A DNA stretch of 64,000 nucleotides from a virus. Taxonomy: Duplodnaviria; Caudoviricetes. Location: positions 64,001 through 128,000 of IMG/VR virus record IMGVR_UViG_3300001528_000378. The stretch is one strand, 5' to 3'. Shown piece after piece: positions 17,786-27,212 of the stretch; the stretch's first letter is position 1; the number at the start of each line of letters is the position of its first letter. The position numbers and the translations under genes are program-made. The notes beneath the pieces are model-generated. The model did not search any database. It was not told the DNA's origin and saw only the letters and a list, made by a program, of their open reading frames with translations.

Positions 17786-17997
17786 TATTTAGTTCTCCTG
17801 TTATACTCATCAACTAAGGCTTCATACATATTCATCCAATTATCGGGCGGTTCCTGATAACTTTCATCATTATATGCCATCGCTCTATTCATTGCAGTAC
17901 ACATTTGTTTATCCATCATTTTAATGCAGTTTAGAATATGACTTGTTTTCATTTCTGAAATTTTTAATTTTCTACCATCTTTTGTAGTCCAATACAT
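17785..17997 (-). CDS. hypothetical phage protein
   Basis: WTTKDGRKLKISEMKTSHILNC. Confidence 0.7.
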   Translation of the reverse strand: MYWTTKDGRKLKISEMKTSHILNCIKMMDKQMCTAMNRAMAYNDESYQEPPDNWMNMYEALVDEYNRRTK

Positions 17998-18021
17998 ATT
18001 ACTTATCCATTTTATCTTTAA

Positions 18022-18522
18022 TCACCACTTAATTTTTTGATAAATATCCTCTATATGTTTATCCTTATAGTAGTCATAGATTAAAGCATTAGGAATAATG
18101 TTGGTACATGCTTCCATTGGATCATAACTTTCTCTGGTAACCTTCCAAGGAAGAATGCTAGCCGTACTCATAATTAGATCAGATGTGCTAATTTTACCAT
18201 AGATATCTAACACTTCCTGTATAATCATTTTAGTTTTCAAATCTAATAGACTATATTTTCCACCAGGAGCGCGCCACACAGTCTTATCATAAATACTAGT
18301 ACCAACAACATCATAAAGTTCTCGTACCATCGGCCCATTAATCCATGCTTCAATTTTTTCCTTAAATAATGGCATTCCATTGTTTTTAACCATATACCAC
18401 GCTTGACAATAAAACACTAATCGCCATAACTTGGCCTTTGGTATTTCTCCCAAATAATTTACAATGTAGGCTGCTACGTCTAGTACAGAAACAGTAGTTA
18501 CTTTTTTATCTGTCATATTCAA
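18022..18522 (-). CDS. Panacea (DUF4065/SocA-like) antitoxin-domain protein
   Basis: VLDVAAYI..KLWRLVFYCQAW..LFKEKIEAWINGPMVRELY..PW..IPNALIYDYY. Confidence 0.85.
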   Translation of the reverse strand: MNMTDKKVTTVSVLDVAAYIVNYLGEIPKAKLWRLVFYCQAWYMVKNNGMPLFKEKIEAWINGPMVRELYDVVGTSIYDKTVWRAPGGKYSLLDLKTKMIIQEVLDIYGKISTSDLIMSTASILPWKVTRESYDPMEACTNIIPNALIYDYYKDKHIEDIYQKIKW

Positions 18523-19086
18523 TCACCAAGGAAAATCTACCAACATACTTCTAAAATTTCGTAAAATAGCTTGATTGGGCTTTACTCCCCTCACTAAGTT
18601 TTTATCTTCAATAAACCACTTTAAAAAATGTGAACTATTATCCATATCAACTAATGAAGCACAATATTCTTTTCTTACTTTATAGTATTCATTTTCAAAA
18701 AGTGATGGAACCCTATTTTCAAAATCAAAGATGTTACTAGAAAAATTCCACAATATACCCAAAGAAATAGCAGGACTCCTAGAAATTCCAGCATCACAAT
18801 GTACTAAAATGTTTATGTTTGTAGTTCCTTTATCATATATACAATCAGTTACTTTGTCTAGTATGTTACTGCAATCTTCATAAGAAGGAGGTTCGTACTT
18901 TCTAAACTTGTTTTCAAGTGGTTTATCAATATCCCACATTTTAACTACTAGATGATTTTTATTGATTGGTTTTATGGAATCATCATCCGGACAGACAATA
19001 GAAATAATTAGATCAAAATTCCCCATTGTCGTGAAATTTTTCGTTAACATATTAGCAGTTTGTCTATCTGTTTGTGTTAATTTCAT
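18523..19086 (-). CDS. Cys-based protein/nucleotide phosphatase
   Basis: ILVHCDAGISRSPA (CX5R), KPN. Confidence 0.85.
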   Translation of the reverse strand: MKLTQTDRQTANMLTKNFTTMGNFDLIISIVCPDDDSIKPINKNHLVVKMWDIDKPLENKFRKYEPPSYEDCSNILDKVTDCIYDKGTTNINILVHCDAGISRSPAISLGILWNFSSNIFDFENRVPSLFENEYYKVRKEYCASLVDMDNSSHFLKWFIEDKNLVRGVKPNQAILRNFRSMLVDFPW

Positions 19087-19427
19087 TTTTCCGTTTTCCT
19101 TTCCAAAAGTTTTCTACTGTATTCTTGTTCTTCTTTAGGTAAAAACATGTAGAACTTACGTACAGAACCCATTACTTTGTAAGATGTAAAAAACAATCTG
19201 TGAGTTACTTCTACTACTACACAGTTATAGTAGCATGGTGCGCCGTCTTTATCCGTATATGTACCCGCACGATCTTCTTGTTTAAAATTTACAACTTTAT
19301 TGTAACCACCTAAGTAGCCAGCCCACTGAATATGCCTTATATAGTCATTCTTATATGAGATACCATAATAGCATGCCGTACATGTGGTCACAATTAATAA
19401 ATGGCATTCTCTTCCCCACAATTTCAT
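19083..19427 (-). CDS. hypothetical protein
   Basis: ORF in operon. Confidence 0.55.
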   Translation of the reverse strand: MKLWGRECHLLIVTTCTACYYGISYKNDYIRHIQWAGYLGGYNKVVNFKQEDRAGTYTDKDGAPCYYNCVVVEVTHRLFFTSYKVMGSVRKFYMFLPKEEQEYSRKLLERKTEK

Positions 19428-19572
19428 TATTTCCCCTCCAACAGATACAAAACATCACCATCACATTCTACATCTTTTTCGTAATACTTCCCTGCTTTAT
19501 CTTTATATAGTGTCTTCATTGTTCTTCCTCTACGGTGAAAATTTTATATCTAACACTTATACTAAATATTTA

Positions 19573-19773
19573 TCAACCGTGTGTTGGTTTTCCAATATGT
19601 GGGTTTGTACAATTTTTTATAAAGGTAGATATAATAATTGACAGCCTATTATGTTTAATTTTACCTTCTTTGATAGAAAAGTTTTTAAGACTCCAAACTT
19701 GTTTTTCTCCATTAAAGTTGTAATCAACTACAATATCTTTGCCAATGAGATTTTTAAATTCTTCTTCTTTCAT
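19573..19773 (-). CDS. hypothetical protein
   Basis: ORF in operon. Confidence 0.55.
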   Translation of the reverse strand: MKEEEFKNLIGKDIVVDYNFNGEKQVWSLKNFSIKEGKIKHNRLSIIISTFIKNCTNPHIGKPTHG

Positions 19774-19776
19774 AAG

Positions 19777-20034
19777 TTAATCACCATTTTTAACCAAAAA
19801 GTCCGGATTAATTACTTTAAAAGAATCCACTACAAAACCATCTTTGTCTAGTACACGATATACCTTTTCTTCGGCATCAATATTAATAAGACTAGACTTA
19901 AAACGAGAAAGCTCAACCATACTATCCACAGTTTGATTTTTCATAAGAAATTTTGGGAGCATTGGAGCAGTTTTAAGTCCAATAGCTTCACAGTATTTAA
20001 CAACCTTACATCTAAATAGATCTTTTATTCTCAT
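19777..20034 (-). CDS. hypothetical protein
   Basis: ORF in operon. Confidence 0.55.
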   Translation of the reverse strand: MRIKDLFRCKVVKYCEAIGLKTAPMLPKFLMKNQTVDSMVELSRFKSSLINIDAEEKVYRVLDKDGFVVDSFKVINPDFLVKNGD

Positions 20035-20052
20035 TTCCTTCTCTCTAATAGT

Positions 20053-20547
20053 TCAGTTTTCGTGAATATTTCCTAAAATAGTATATTCGTAATCTGCCAT
20101 TGAAAATACCCAATCGTCATCTTCATCGTCAACTGTGATAAATCTACCACTCTTATTATTCCATTTTATTCTTAAAGTTCGGTCTTTCATAAGCTCGTCA
20201 GTAATATTGTGTCTATTTACAATGTCGCCCTCATAAATGAGTTTTCCATTTTTATCTCTAAGTCCGGTACATTGTTCAATAACTTCTGCATCTAGAACAA
20301 ACCATTCATTATCATTACAAAGATTGTTATCAGTAAGATAATTATACACTAAATTTCTTTCTTCAGCATCTAAATTCGTATTTCTAATCGCTTTAACTAA
20401 AATTTCATCAGTTACTCCAATAATGGTAGATGAATAAATAGCTACATTATTAAGTAACAACTTAATGGTTTTATCCTTACCATCATTATCACAATAATTG
20501 GCCTCTACGACCGCCCTAAATAAAAGTCTATTGTTTTCCATAGTCAT
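20053..20547 (-). CDS. YopX-family protein
   Basis: LFRA..EQCTGLRDKNGKLIYEGDIV..ILGNIHEN. Confidence 0.9.
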   Translation of the reverse strand: MTMENNRLLFRAVVEANYCDNDGKDKTIKLLLNNVAIYSSTIIGVTDEILVKAIRNTNLDAEERNLVYNYLTDNNLCNDNEWFVLDAEVIEQCTGLRDKNGKLIYEGDIVNRHNITDELMKDRTLRIKWNNKSGRFITVDDEDDDWVFSMADYEYTILGNIHEN

Positions 20548-20550
20548 GTC

Positions 20551-20937
20551 CTATTTACTTTTATCAGTAGATATGGCTTGAATATACTGTTCGGTTAACT
20601 TTAACAAATCTTCAGAAATATCCAAAGTTTTGCTACCGATATTCTGCACCTTTTCATTGTTTACAATAGCCGGAATCACATAGATAGCGGCCATTTGCTT
20701 TGTGGATGGCAAAAAAACAGTAACAACACTAAAAAAGACAAGACCCATAACGGATAAAAGAAACGCTATACTAGCATACTTTCCAACCTTTTTATTTTCC
20801 TTTTCTATATCTTTTGCATAACAAAATGCAAGTGCTGAAAGAAGTACACATCCTACAAGTAATACGCACATAAGAGCACAACCAGTAATAATATCATCTA
20901 ACTTTAACAACCAGTACATCTGCATAGGGGTAATCAT
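20551..20937 (-). CDS. two-TM membrane protein
   Basis: MYWLLKLD, two hydrophobic helices, FLPSTKQM. Confidence 0.7.
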   Translation of the reverse strand: MITPMQMYWLLKLDDIITGCALMCVLLVGCVLLSALAFCYAKDIEKENKKVGKYASIAFLLSVMGLVFFSVVTVFLPSTKQMAAIYVIPAIVNNEKVQNIGSKTLDISEDLLKLTEQYIQAISTDKSK

Positions 20938-20940
20938 AAT

Positions 20941-21315
20941 TTACTCCTCCCAAGGGGCGACGAGGTTTAATTGCTTTTCACACGCCAATCCCTTATCGTT
21001 CACAAAAAAAGTATTATATTTTCCTATAACAGCCGCAAAAAAAGATTGGTTTTCGTCAACAGCAAGTATTACCGCCTTTTCCCCGTTCCGCGTCCTGTAA
21101 AACTTACCGACTTCCAGTTTTAACGGTTTTGGCTCGTCAATATAAGGAGTAACACTAAAATATAATGCAGGATAAATAATCCAATTTTTATCAGTCTTAC
21201 TAATACCAACAAGTATTCCATTAATAAACTTATATTCAAGACCTTCTGTTTCAACTTTTTTCCCGACCTGTAAAGCGTTAATCACTTCTTCCGGCGTTTT
21301 TAAATATCTTTTCAT
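20941..21315 (-). CDS. hypothetical protein, paralog of 44105-44491
   Basis: MKRYLKTPEE..LKLEVGKFYRTRNGEKA..LVAPW. Confidence 0.75.
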   Translation of the reverse strand: MKRYLKTPEEVINALQVGKKVETEGLEYKFINGILVGISKTDKNWIIYPALYFSVTPYIDEPKPLKLEVGKFYRTRNGEKAVILAVDENQSFFAAVIGKYNTFFVNDKGLACEKQLNLVAPWEE

Positions 21316-21392
21316 TTCTATACCTCCACAATTACCATACCGTTTTACATTTCTCTGCTCCTAGTATTTGACAAATAAACTCTTTTTTATTC

Positions 21393-21596
21393 TTAATCAT
21401 TATTAACCTCTTTCAACGGACAACTCTCAAATTTATTACATATTTCTGAGTTAATAGCTATTGTGCGATCTAAAATTCTGCAAGCATAACTATGGTATTT
21501 TCCGCCCATCACCCCAACATAACGACCGAACGGACACTTATCACAGCTTTTAGGCATATCTACTTCAATTTTTATTGTCATCTTTCTCCTCCGCAC
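21393..21596 (-). CDS. small Cys-rich protein
   Basis: MPKSCDKCP..C..CPLKEV; similar to 29584-29745. Confidence 0.65.
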   Translation of the reverse strand: MRRRKMTIKIEVDMPKSCDKCPFGRYVGVMGGKYHSYACRILDRTIAINSEICNKFESCPLKEVNND

Positions 21597-21765
21597 GGCG
21601 GTTCCACGCTTCTATGGCTCCTTGTTTATCTATGTTTATCGGTCCTCTTGCACCACAAACCTGACAAAACACATAGTGAAAATACATATTAAACCGCCTT
21701 TTAGATTGTACTACTATAAACTCTGCTTCTTCACAAAAGGGACACGGTTTTAATTTAGTTTCCAT
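21565..21765 (-). CDS. Lar-like restriction-alleviation zinc-ribbon protein
   Basis: LKPCPFC..VFCQVCGARGP..AIEAWNRR. Confidence 0.8.
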   Translation of the reverse strand: METKLKPCPFCEEAEFIVVQSKRRFNMYFHYVFCQVCGARGPINIDKQGAIEAWNRRAEEKDDNKN

Positions 21766-21767
21766 TG

Positions 21768-22094
21768 TTATCTCCTAGGAACATACACTTGTTCGTGTTG
21801 CGTATGTTTAAAACTTTCACCAACCTCTTTCGGTAAAGTTGTACTTCCCACTAATGCACAATTCTTTACAGCCAATAGTGTATCAAACACTGTCCAAGTG
21901 TGAAACTTTTCTTTATTCATTAACTCGCAAATGAAGTTAATGGTTTTGTTTAATCTTTCCTCACTAGTTTCCATTATTATATCCTTTATTTTACATCTAA
22001 TCCAAAGAAAACTCTTATAATCCCAACTCGTCCATAATCTGATCATAGAAGGAATCTTTAAAGTCATCATAATCACATTGAACGACATTTCCAT
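21768..22094 (-). CDS. hypothetical protein (true start probably METSEE)
   Basis: ORF track; 5' part overlaps next gene. Confidence 0.5.
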   Translation of the reverse strand: MEMSFNVIMMTLKIPSMIRLWTSWDYKSFLWIRCKIKDIIMETSEERLNKTINFICELMNKEKFHTWTVFDTLLAVKNCALVGSTTLPKEVGESFKHTQHEQVYVPRR

Positions 22095-22278
22095 CTACCT
22101 TTACTTCGGTTACTTCCAAATCTTCATCATCCCCACAGTCGCAGAGTGTATTATCATAGTTATTCATATCCACAGCTGGAGCAGGTCTAGCCGGAGTATA
22201 AAATCCACTTACTTCAAAATCAATTCCACCAAACACAAACTGAACATTAAATTGTACTTTTCTCATAACAGCCTCCAA
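22015..22278 (-). CDS. acidic hypothetical protein
   Basis: ORF behind a promoter at ~22300-22329. Confidence 0.6.
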   Translation of the reverse strand: MEAVMRKVQFNVQFVFGGIDFEVSGFYTPARPAPAVDMNNYDNTLCDCGDDEDLEVTEVKVDGNVVQCDYDDFKDSFYDQIMDELGL

Positions 22279-22332
22279 AATGTAATTTAACTACAAAATT
22301 ATTATACTAAATCAACAACCTATTGTCAATAC

Positions 22333-22512
22333 TTATTTTGCACATTTTTTAGTTAAATGATAACCCAAACATCTCTTGCAAAAATACACCCTCAAAGCAA
22401 CATCACGCTTTTTATGCACCCTATTAACTGCTTCCTGTGCCGTCTGCTCGGTAGGGTACCTATGCTTCTTCCAGCAGGAAGATAACATTGCTAACAATTC
22501 ACTATCACTCAT
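22333..22512 (-). CDS. 59-aa putative Zn-binding protein (not in ORF track)
   Basis: MSDSELLAMLSSCWKKHRYPTEQTAQEAVNRVHKKRDVALRVYFCKRCLGYHLTKKCAK; GGAGG RBS. Confidence 0.8.
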   Translation of the reverse strand: MSDSELLAMLSSCWKKHRYPTEQTAQEAVNRVHKKRDVALRVYFCKRCLGYHLTKKCAK

Positions 22513-22653
22513 ACAACCTCCAAAATTATTTTACAAAAAGGGCAAATATATTTGATAACCATACCCCTTAAAAAATCTGGGGAATTTTTTGGAAAATGTC
22601 CTTTTTTGCTCTCAACAGGTCCTATATGTTTCCTAGGACCTGTCAAGTGTATG

Positions 22654-23613
22654 CTACATCTTACTTACTACATTAACTCTAGTATATTCCACACCATCAT
22701 CTGCCAGAGTTCTACCACGACCACTAAACATAATATAGTTCAATGACAGCAGTCTTGGCTCAATAATGTTTTCTACTTCGTCCTGCGTTAAGCCAGTTCT
22801 CTTACAGATGGCTTTCATACCCATAGGTACTCTTACACCATTAAGTACATTAGTATATAAGCAGTTAAGATACTTATAATCTATCAGGGATAATCCAATT
22901 TTATCTACCCCCTGATAGTTAAGGAAGCCTTGCAGGTCCTTTGTATCAAAAGTATCAATACCCTTTGCAATCGTATAGTTAGCCAAAGACTTAATAAAGG
23001 CATTCATTAATCTGGGAGTACCAAAAGACATACCAGCCAGTTTATCCAGTGCCTCCTTACTTATTTTAGTATTTAACTTGGAAGAAGAATACCCTCCAAT
23101 TTGGGATAATTCTTTAACAGTATAATCTTCCAGCTGAACTTTGTTAACCATACGTTCATATAGAGGCTTTGAAATCATACCAGGATTTGTAGTTGCAAAT
23201 ACCCAAGTCCAGTCTGGGAATTTCCAATTAAACTTTCCGTGCTGAAGTTTACCATCCTCCAAGATAGGCAGTAGCATTACTTGTGCTTGGGGGGATATGG
23301 AATGACACTCGTCCACAAAGATAATAGAACCTCTTTTAATACCTGTTCCATTATTCTTTAATAACTCAAACACATCCTCTTCTTTGCGGAGCATAGGCCC
23401 AAAAGCTTCAACCAAATCTACACCCATAGAGTGTGCAAATGCTCTTACAATGGAGCTTTTACCCATACCAGGTTTGGCAGTTACCAAAATGGGTTCGGGG
23501 ACTTTGCCAGTCTTTTGATAAACACTAATAAGCATATTAAGTTTATCTTTAACTGCATTTTGACCAAAGTAACTTTCCAAACCTTCGGGTCTAATGTTTT
23601 GCATAGTCCCCAC
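22654..23613 (-). CDS. ruvB: RuvB-like Holliday junction helicase
   Basis: RPEGLESYFGQ, PGMGKS, IFVDECH, FATT, GTPR, IIEPRL, GRTL. Confidence 0.9.
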   Translation of the reverse strand: MGTMQNIRPEGLESYFGQNAVKDKLNMLISVYQKTGKVPEPILVTAKPGMGKSSIVRAFAHSMGVDLVEAFGPMLRKEEDVFELLKNNGTGIKRGSIIFVDECHSISPQAQVMLLPILEDGKLQHGKFNWKFPDWTWVFATTNPGMISKPLYERMVNKVQLEDYTVKELSQIGGYSSSKLNTKISKEALDKLAGMSFGTPRLMNAFIKSLANYTIAKGIDTFDTKDLQGFLNYQGVDKIGLSLIDYKYLNCLYTNVLNGVRVPMGMKAICKRTGLTQDEVENIIEPRLLSLNYIMFSGRGRTLADDGVEYTRVNVVSKM

Positions 23614-23622
23614 CCCCCTTTA

Positions 23623-23880
23623 TTATTTAACTTTAATTTCCACAACCATAGAGGATAACTTATTATAGTCATCTTCTGTTAAAACATTCTGCATACTTAC
23701 TTTTCTCAACGCAAGATCTTTTAATTGCTTGATAGTAGTGTAGGACTTCAATGCTTCCATTACTGCGTCCAAAAACAACTTCTTTAAATCATTATCCTTT
23801 GTATTAGTTTTTGCCATTTTTAAATTCCTCCCTAATAAGTAAATACCCAAATACAACAGCCACCAAATAGAACAGAACAT
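23623..23880 (-). CDS. hypothetical protein (likely start MAKTN)
   Basis: GGGAGG RBS inside the ORF. Confidence 0.55.
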   Translation of the reverse strand: MFCSIWWLLYLGIYLLGRNLKMAKTNTKDNDLKKLFLDAVMEALKSYTTIKQLKDLALRKVSMQNVLTEDDYNKLSSMVVEIKVK

Positions 23881-23997
23881 TATACATCATATCACTTTCT
23901 CCTATATTGTTCTACATTGGCACCACACAGGGTACAATACATTTCCCCACTAATCTTGTCAAATACAAAATTAGTTCCACCACATAAGGGACATTCT

Positions 23998-24369
23998 TTA
24001 ATTCTTTTCATTTTCTTTTTCCTCCATCGCTTTTAATTTCCTGCACATAATATCCTTATGTGCTGCATACTGCTTTGCTTTTTGCTTCTTATAATATACA
24101 CTACTTCCACCTCGGTTGTCAAGGGATTTCTTTAATATGGACTTTGTATGTGTGGGGTCCTTAATCATTCTTACCGTCATCATAGATACTTTGTACTTCT
24201 TTGCCAAGTAGTTCATAGATACTCCCCCACGTTCCAACTCTTCCTTAATTGCAACCTTAATACCAGGGTCAACCTTGCAACGCTTGTCTGACAAACCGAG
24301 TTCCTTTAAAGAAGGCATATCGTTAAGATTCATAAATACCTCCCATAGGATCCTCTTCACAGTCCTCAA
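23998..24369 (-). CDS. HTH-like basic protein (likely start MNLND)
   Basis: GVSMNYLAKKYKVSMMTVRMI. Confidence 0.6.
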   Translation of the reverse strand: MRTVKRILWEVFMNLNDMPSLKELGLSDKRCKVDPGIKVAIKEELERGGVSMNYLAKKYKVSMMTVRMIKDPTHTKSILKKSLDNRGGSSVYYKKQKAKQYAAHKDIMCRKLKAMEEKENEKN

Positions 24370-25180
24370 TTTCTTGTAGTGTCTGATCCTTTTTCATATC
24401 AGCTACCAGTCTTTTTAAATGCTTGATAGTTTCTTCCTGCATTCTATACTTGGACTTCAACTCATCATAAGCAAAGTCTTTTTTTCTAACCGCAATTTTG
24501 GTATCTTCCTTTGCTCCGTCCAACTGTCTTTTAAGTAATTTAATATCCTCCTTTAAGCCGTCCATATCTTTGATAAGAGCATAGTTATCTTTCTCACTCT
24601 TGGACAGTTTTCTATTTAACTCACCTACTTTATTATTATAGGTGTCCTCTTTCTTCTTTAATAATTTTTCCAATTTTGCATTTTCATTTTCATAATATGA
24701 CATCTTTTTAAGTGTTTCTTCCACTTTAGGCTTTACTTCCTCGTCTAATACCTTTCTGTATGCCGTTCCAGCCTCAATAGTCTTCTTACATTCTTCTTCA
24801 TACTTCTCTGTAAAATCAGGGCCGTTCAAACTACCTGTAAATATCAGTGTAATAAGACTGCACAAACCAAATACTGCTAATAATACAATACCAAGTGATA
24901 CTAAAATAGATATTCCCATATTATCTCCATTATTATTCATACTTAAAAAATTAAACAATTCTACTTCACTTGCCCCAAAGTAAGTATTGTTCATATACCA
25001 CACAACCAAAAGTGGTACGAAACTAAACCACCCTACAAGGGCTGATAAACCACAAGCAAATAGATTCCTACCTACATTTACATTAACTCCCGGGATTTCC
25101 CCTGTTTCCAAGAAATGTATTCTCTCGTCTGCAATAGCACGAACTTCCTCCTTGGTTAATTCTTTAATTTCTTTATTCAT
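24323..25180 (-). CDS. two-TM membrane protein with long coiled coil
   Basis: Two hydrophobic segments then heptad-rich C-terminus. Confidence 0.75.
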   Translation of the reverse strand: MNKEIKELTKEEVRAIADERIHFLETGEIPGVNVNVGRNLFACGLSALVGWFSFVPLLVVWYMNNTYFGASEVELFNFLSMNNNGDNMGISILVSLGIVLLAVFGLCSLITLIFTGSLNGPDFTEKYEEECKKTIEAGTAYRKVLDEEVKPKVEETLKKMSYYENENAKLEKLLKKKEDTYNNKVGELNRKLSKSEKDNYALIKDMDGLKEDIKLLKRQLDGAKEDTKIAVRKKDFAYDELKSKYRMQEETIKHLKRLVADMKKDQTLQEIEDCEEDPMGGIYES

Positions 25181-25449
25181 AAAGCATCCCCAGTATAAAT
25201 ATCAACCCAATTTTCTTTTTCTTCATCCCACTTTACCATATCTGTAAAGTGATTATTAACATATTCTACAAATGTTTCATAAGACGGATAACGACAGTCC
25301 ATACCAAATTGAAGTGCCAGCTTATACATTAATTGGTCCCTAATATCTTCCACCCTACTTGCAACCTTATATTCTAATTCTCTTCTTGTATGTCCGTCAT
25401 ACTGCCGAAACATATTATCCAACATACACCAGATCAGGACAGTTTTCAT
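25177..25449 (-). CDS. hypothetical protein
   Basis: ORF with GGAGG RBS. Confidence 0.65.
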   Translation of the reverse strand: MKTVLIWCMLDNMFRQYDGHTRRELEYKVASRVEDIRDQLMYKLALQFGMDCRYPSYETFVEYVNNHFTDMVKWDEEKENWVDIYTGDAL

Positions 25450-25452
25450 ATG

Positions 25453-25659
25453 TTAATCCTCCTTGCCATCATTCTCTGCGTTTAATTCCTCACATACTTC
25501 TTTGGCCTCATCATACTCATAGACGACATCATCCCCATAACCATCTTTAACATAGTCTTTTTCTATTTTATCCCAAATAAGAAACTTTCTACCCACACTG
25601 TCTTGTCTTACAATTTCAAATCTTGTTTTCATACTTATCTCCTTTTTGTATACATACAT
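25453..25659 (-). CDS. hypothetical protein (likely start MKTRF)
   Basis: AGGAG RBS; promoter at 25658-25686. Confidence 0.6.
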   Translation of the reverse strand: MYVYKKEISMKTRFEIVRQDSVGRKFLIWDKIEKDYVKDGYGDDVVYEYDEAKEVCEELNAENDGKED

Positions 25660-25709
25660 TATATCAAATATTTAAATAAAAGTCAAGGGGCTTTTTACAC
25701 CCCTTGACT
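25658..25709 (-). promoter_or_regulatory. terminator hairpin overlapping a sigma70 promoter
   Basis: AGTCAAGGGG/CCCCTTGACT stem whose 3' arm is the -35 TTGACT, 17 bp from TATAAT. Confidence 0.7.
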
Positions 25710-25716
25710 AGAGCTA

Positions 25717-26265
25717 CTACCAACTTGCCCGATAGAAAATACCAGCACAGTATTTATCAATATACTTCTTTGCAATACTAATAAATTTAATTGTATCGTG
25801 CAAAGACTGCTCATAATAACTCAAATCATCCTCGTCTTCCAAGGAGTTACTCCCAAAGAAAAAGCCATCACACGGGCACAGATGCTCCTTAATGTAACTA
25901 ATAAGTTCCTTTTTATCTAATCTATGCTCTACAACTTGTAAAAACTTACCCAAGATATCGTGGCAAAGTTCGTCCAAGTCATTTAATTGCTCTTCACTTA
26001 TGGAATATTCCCCACAGTCATCATTGCCGTACTGCACATTATCCACAAACCATTTATGGATCCAATTTGCTTTTCTCCAATACCCAATGTCATAAATGAT
26101 ACTGGAAATATTGCTCGTCGGATATACAACGCATTTTTTAAAATCTGCAGTCTGTTTATCCTCTTCCAGGAAACAACTCTCCTGCACTTCCAAACACCCC
26201 TGCTTTACTGCTGCATACTTTGCTCCCACATACACCTTTGCCGTCAAGTATTGATCTAATCCCAT
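25717..26265 (-). CDS. conserved phage protein (MGLD..YWRKAN family)
   Basis: MGLDQYL..IGYWRKANWIHKWFV..DDC..GFFFG..YRASW. Confidence 0.8.
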   Translation of the reverse strand: MGLDQYLTAKVYVGAKYAAVKQGCLEVQESCFLEEDKQTADFKKCVVYPTSNISSIIYDIGYWRKANWIHKWFVDNVQYGNDDCGEYSISEEQLNDLDELCHDILGKFLQVVEHRLDKKELISYIKEHLCPCDGFFFGSNSLEDEDDLSYYEQSLHDTIKFISIAKKYIDKYCAGIFYRASW

Positions 26266-26278
26266 AATTTATTCCCCC

Positions 26279-26614
26279 TTAAAAATATTTTACAAAACAT
26301 ACTTTTCCAGTTTTGACTGCAATTTTTAGAGCCTCTGCATTTCCAAACTCACTTTTTGGAATTGTCATATTTGGAATAAACTCATCCCACTTATGGTTAC
26401 AATCATACCCGTGGACAGTTACGCCGTAACCATTGCGCAAATCAATCCACACATTTGGTACTACCTTAAAACCTTTTGGAAGTTTATCTGCATAATACAC
26501 TCCAAATTCTCCGTCTCCGATGTCATTCTCAATACCCACACCATTAATAACACAGGTTCCAGCGTCTGCACTATAAGTAGTAATATATTTCATACACCCC
26601 CCTATACAGCCCAC
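26279..26614 (-). CDS. hypothetical protein (likely start MKYIT)
   Basis: ORF in operon. Confidence 0.65.
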   Translation of the reverse strand: MGCIGGCMKYITTYSADAGTCVINGVGIENDIGDGEFGVYYADKLPKGFKVVPNVWIDLRNGYGVTVHGYDCNHKWDEFIPNMTIPKSEFGNAEALKIAVKTGKVCFVKYF

Positions 26615-26862
26615 TCATCCAAGTCAATATCCCATACTTCAAAATTGCTATGGACGATATAATCAAAGAAGGAATCTCTATCTTTGAAACCGGACGCTTC
26701 CATAATTGCATTAGCAATATTTTTTAGTCTGGCACACTCCAAATAGAGAGCGCGAAATCTTTCATCACTAATATTGTGATTGACCATTAATCTATTAAGA
26801 TAGTTAATACGGTTATCTAACCGACACCAAGTATTAATAATTTGTTTTTCATTGATCTGCAT
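26602..26862 (-). CDS. hypothetical protein
   Basis: AGGAGG RBS. Confidence 0.65.
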   Translation of the reverse strand: MQINEKQIINTWCRLDNRINYLNRLMVNHNISDERFRALYLECARLKNIANAIMEASGFKDRDSFFDYIVHSNFEVWDIDLDEWAV

Positions 26863-26871
26863 ACAATACTC

Positions 26872-27201
26872 CTATAAGATAATTTTACCATCTTTGATGC
26901 AAAGGGCACCTGATCCGTCTTGATCTGCCACAACCAAGGTACCATTGGACTTTGGAAAACATTTCACAATCAGTTTTGCCAATTCCAAAGCATCAATTAA
27001 TCCATCATAATCCTGTGTGTCTAACGTGATATGCCCCCTCATATTTCCTTCAGTATAGATAATAGCATACAGGGGCATATCTACATCACCCTTTGCATAC
27101 ATATCATCATACGTTCTAACCATAGATTTAAAACTATCTACCTGTTTTACGTCATCAAATTGTACCCATACATTGCAAGAGTTAAATACTTTATTAATCA
27201 T
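26872..27201 (-). CDS. hypothetical protein
   Basis: AAGGAGG RBS. Confidence 0.7.
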   Translation of the reverse strand: MINKVFNSCNVWVQFDDVKQVDSFKSMVRTYDDMYAKGDVDMPLYAIIYTEGNMRGHITLDTQDYDGLIDALELAKLIVKCFPKSNGTLVVADQDGSGALCIKDGKIIL

Positions 27202-27212
27202 ACTTGCCTCCT

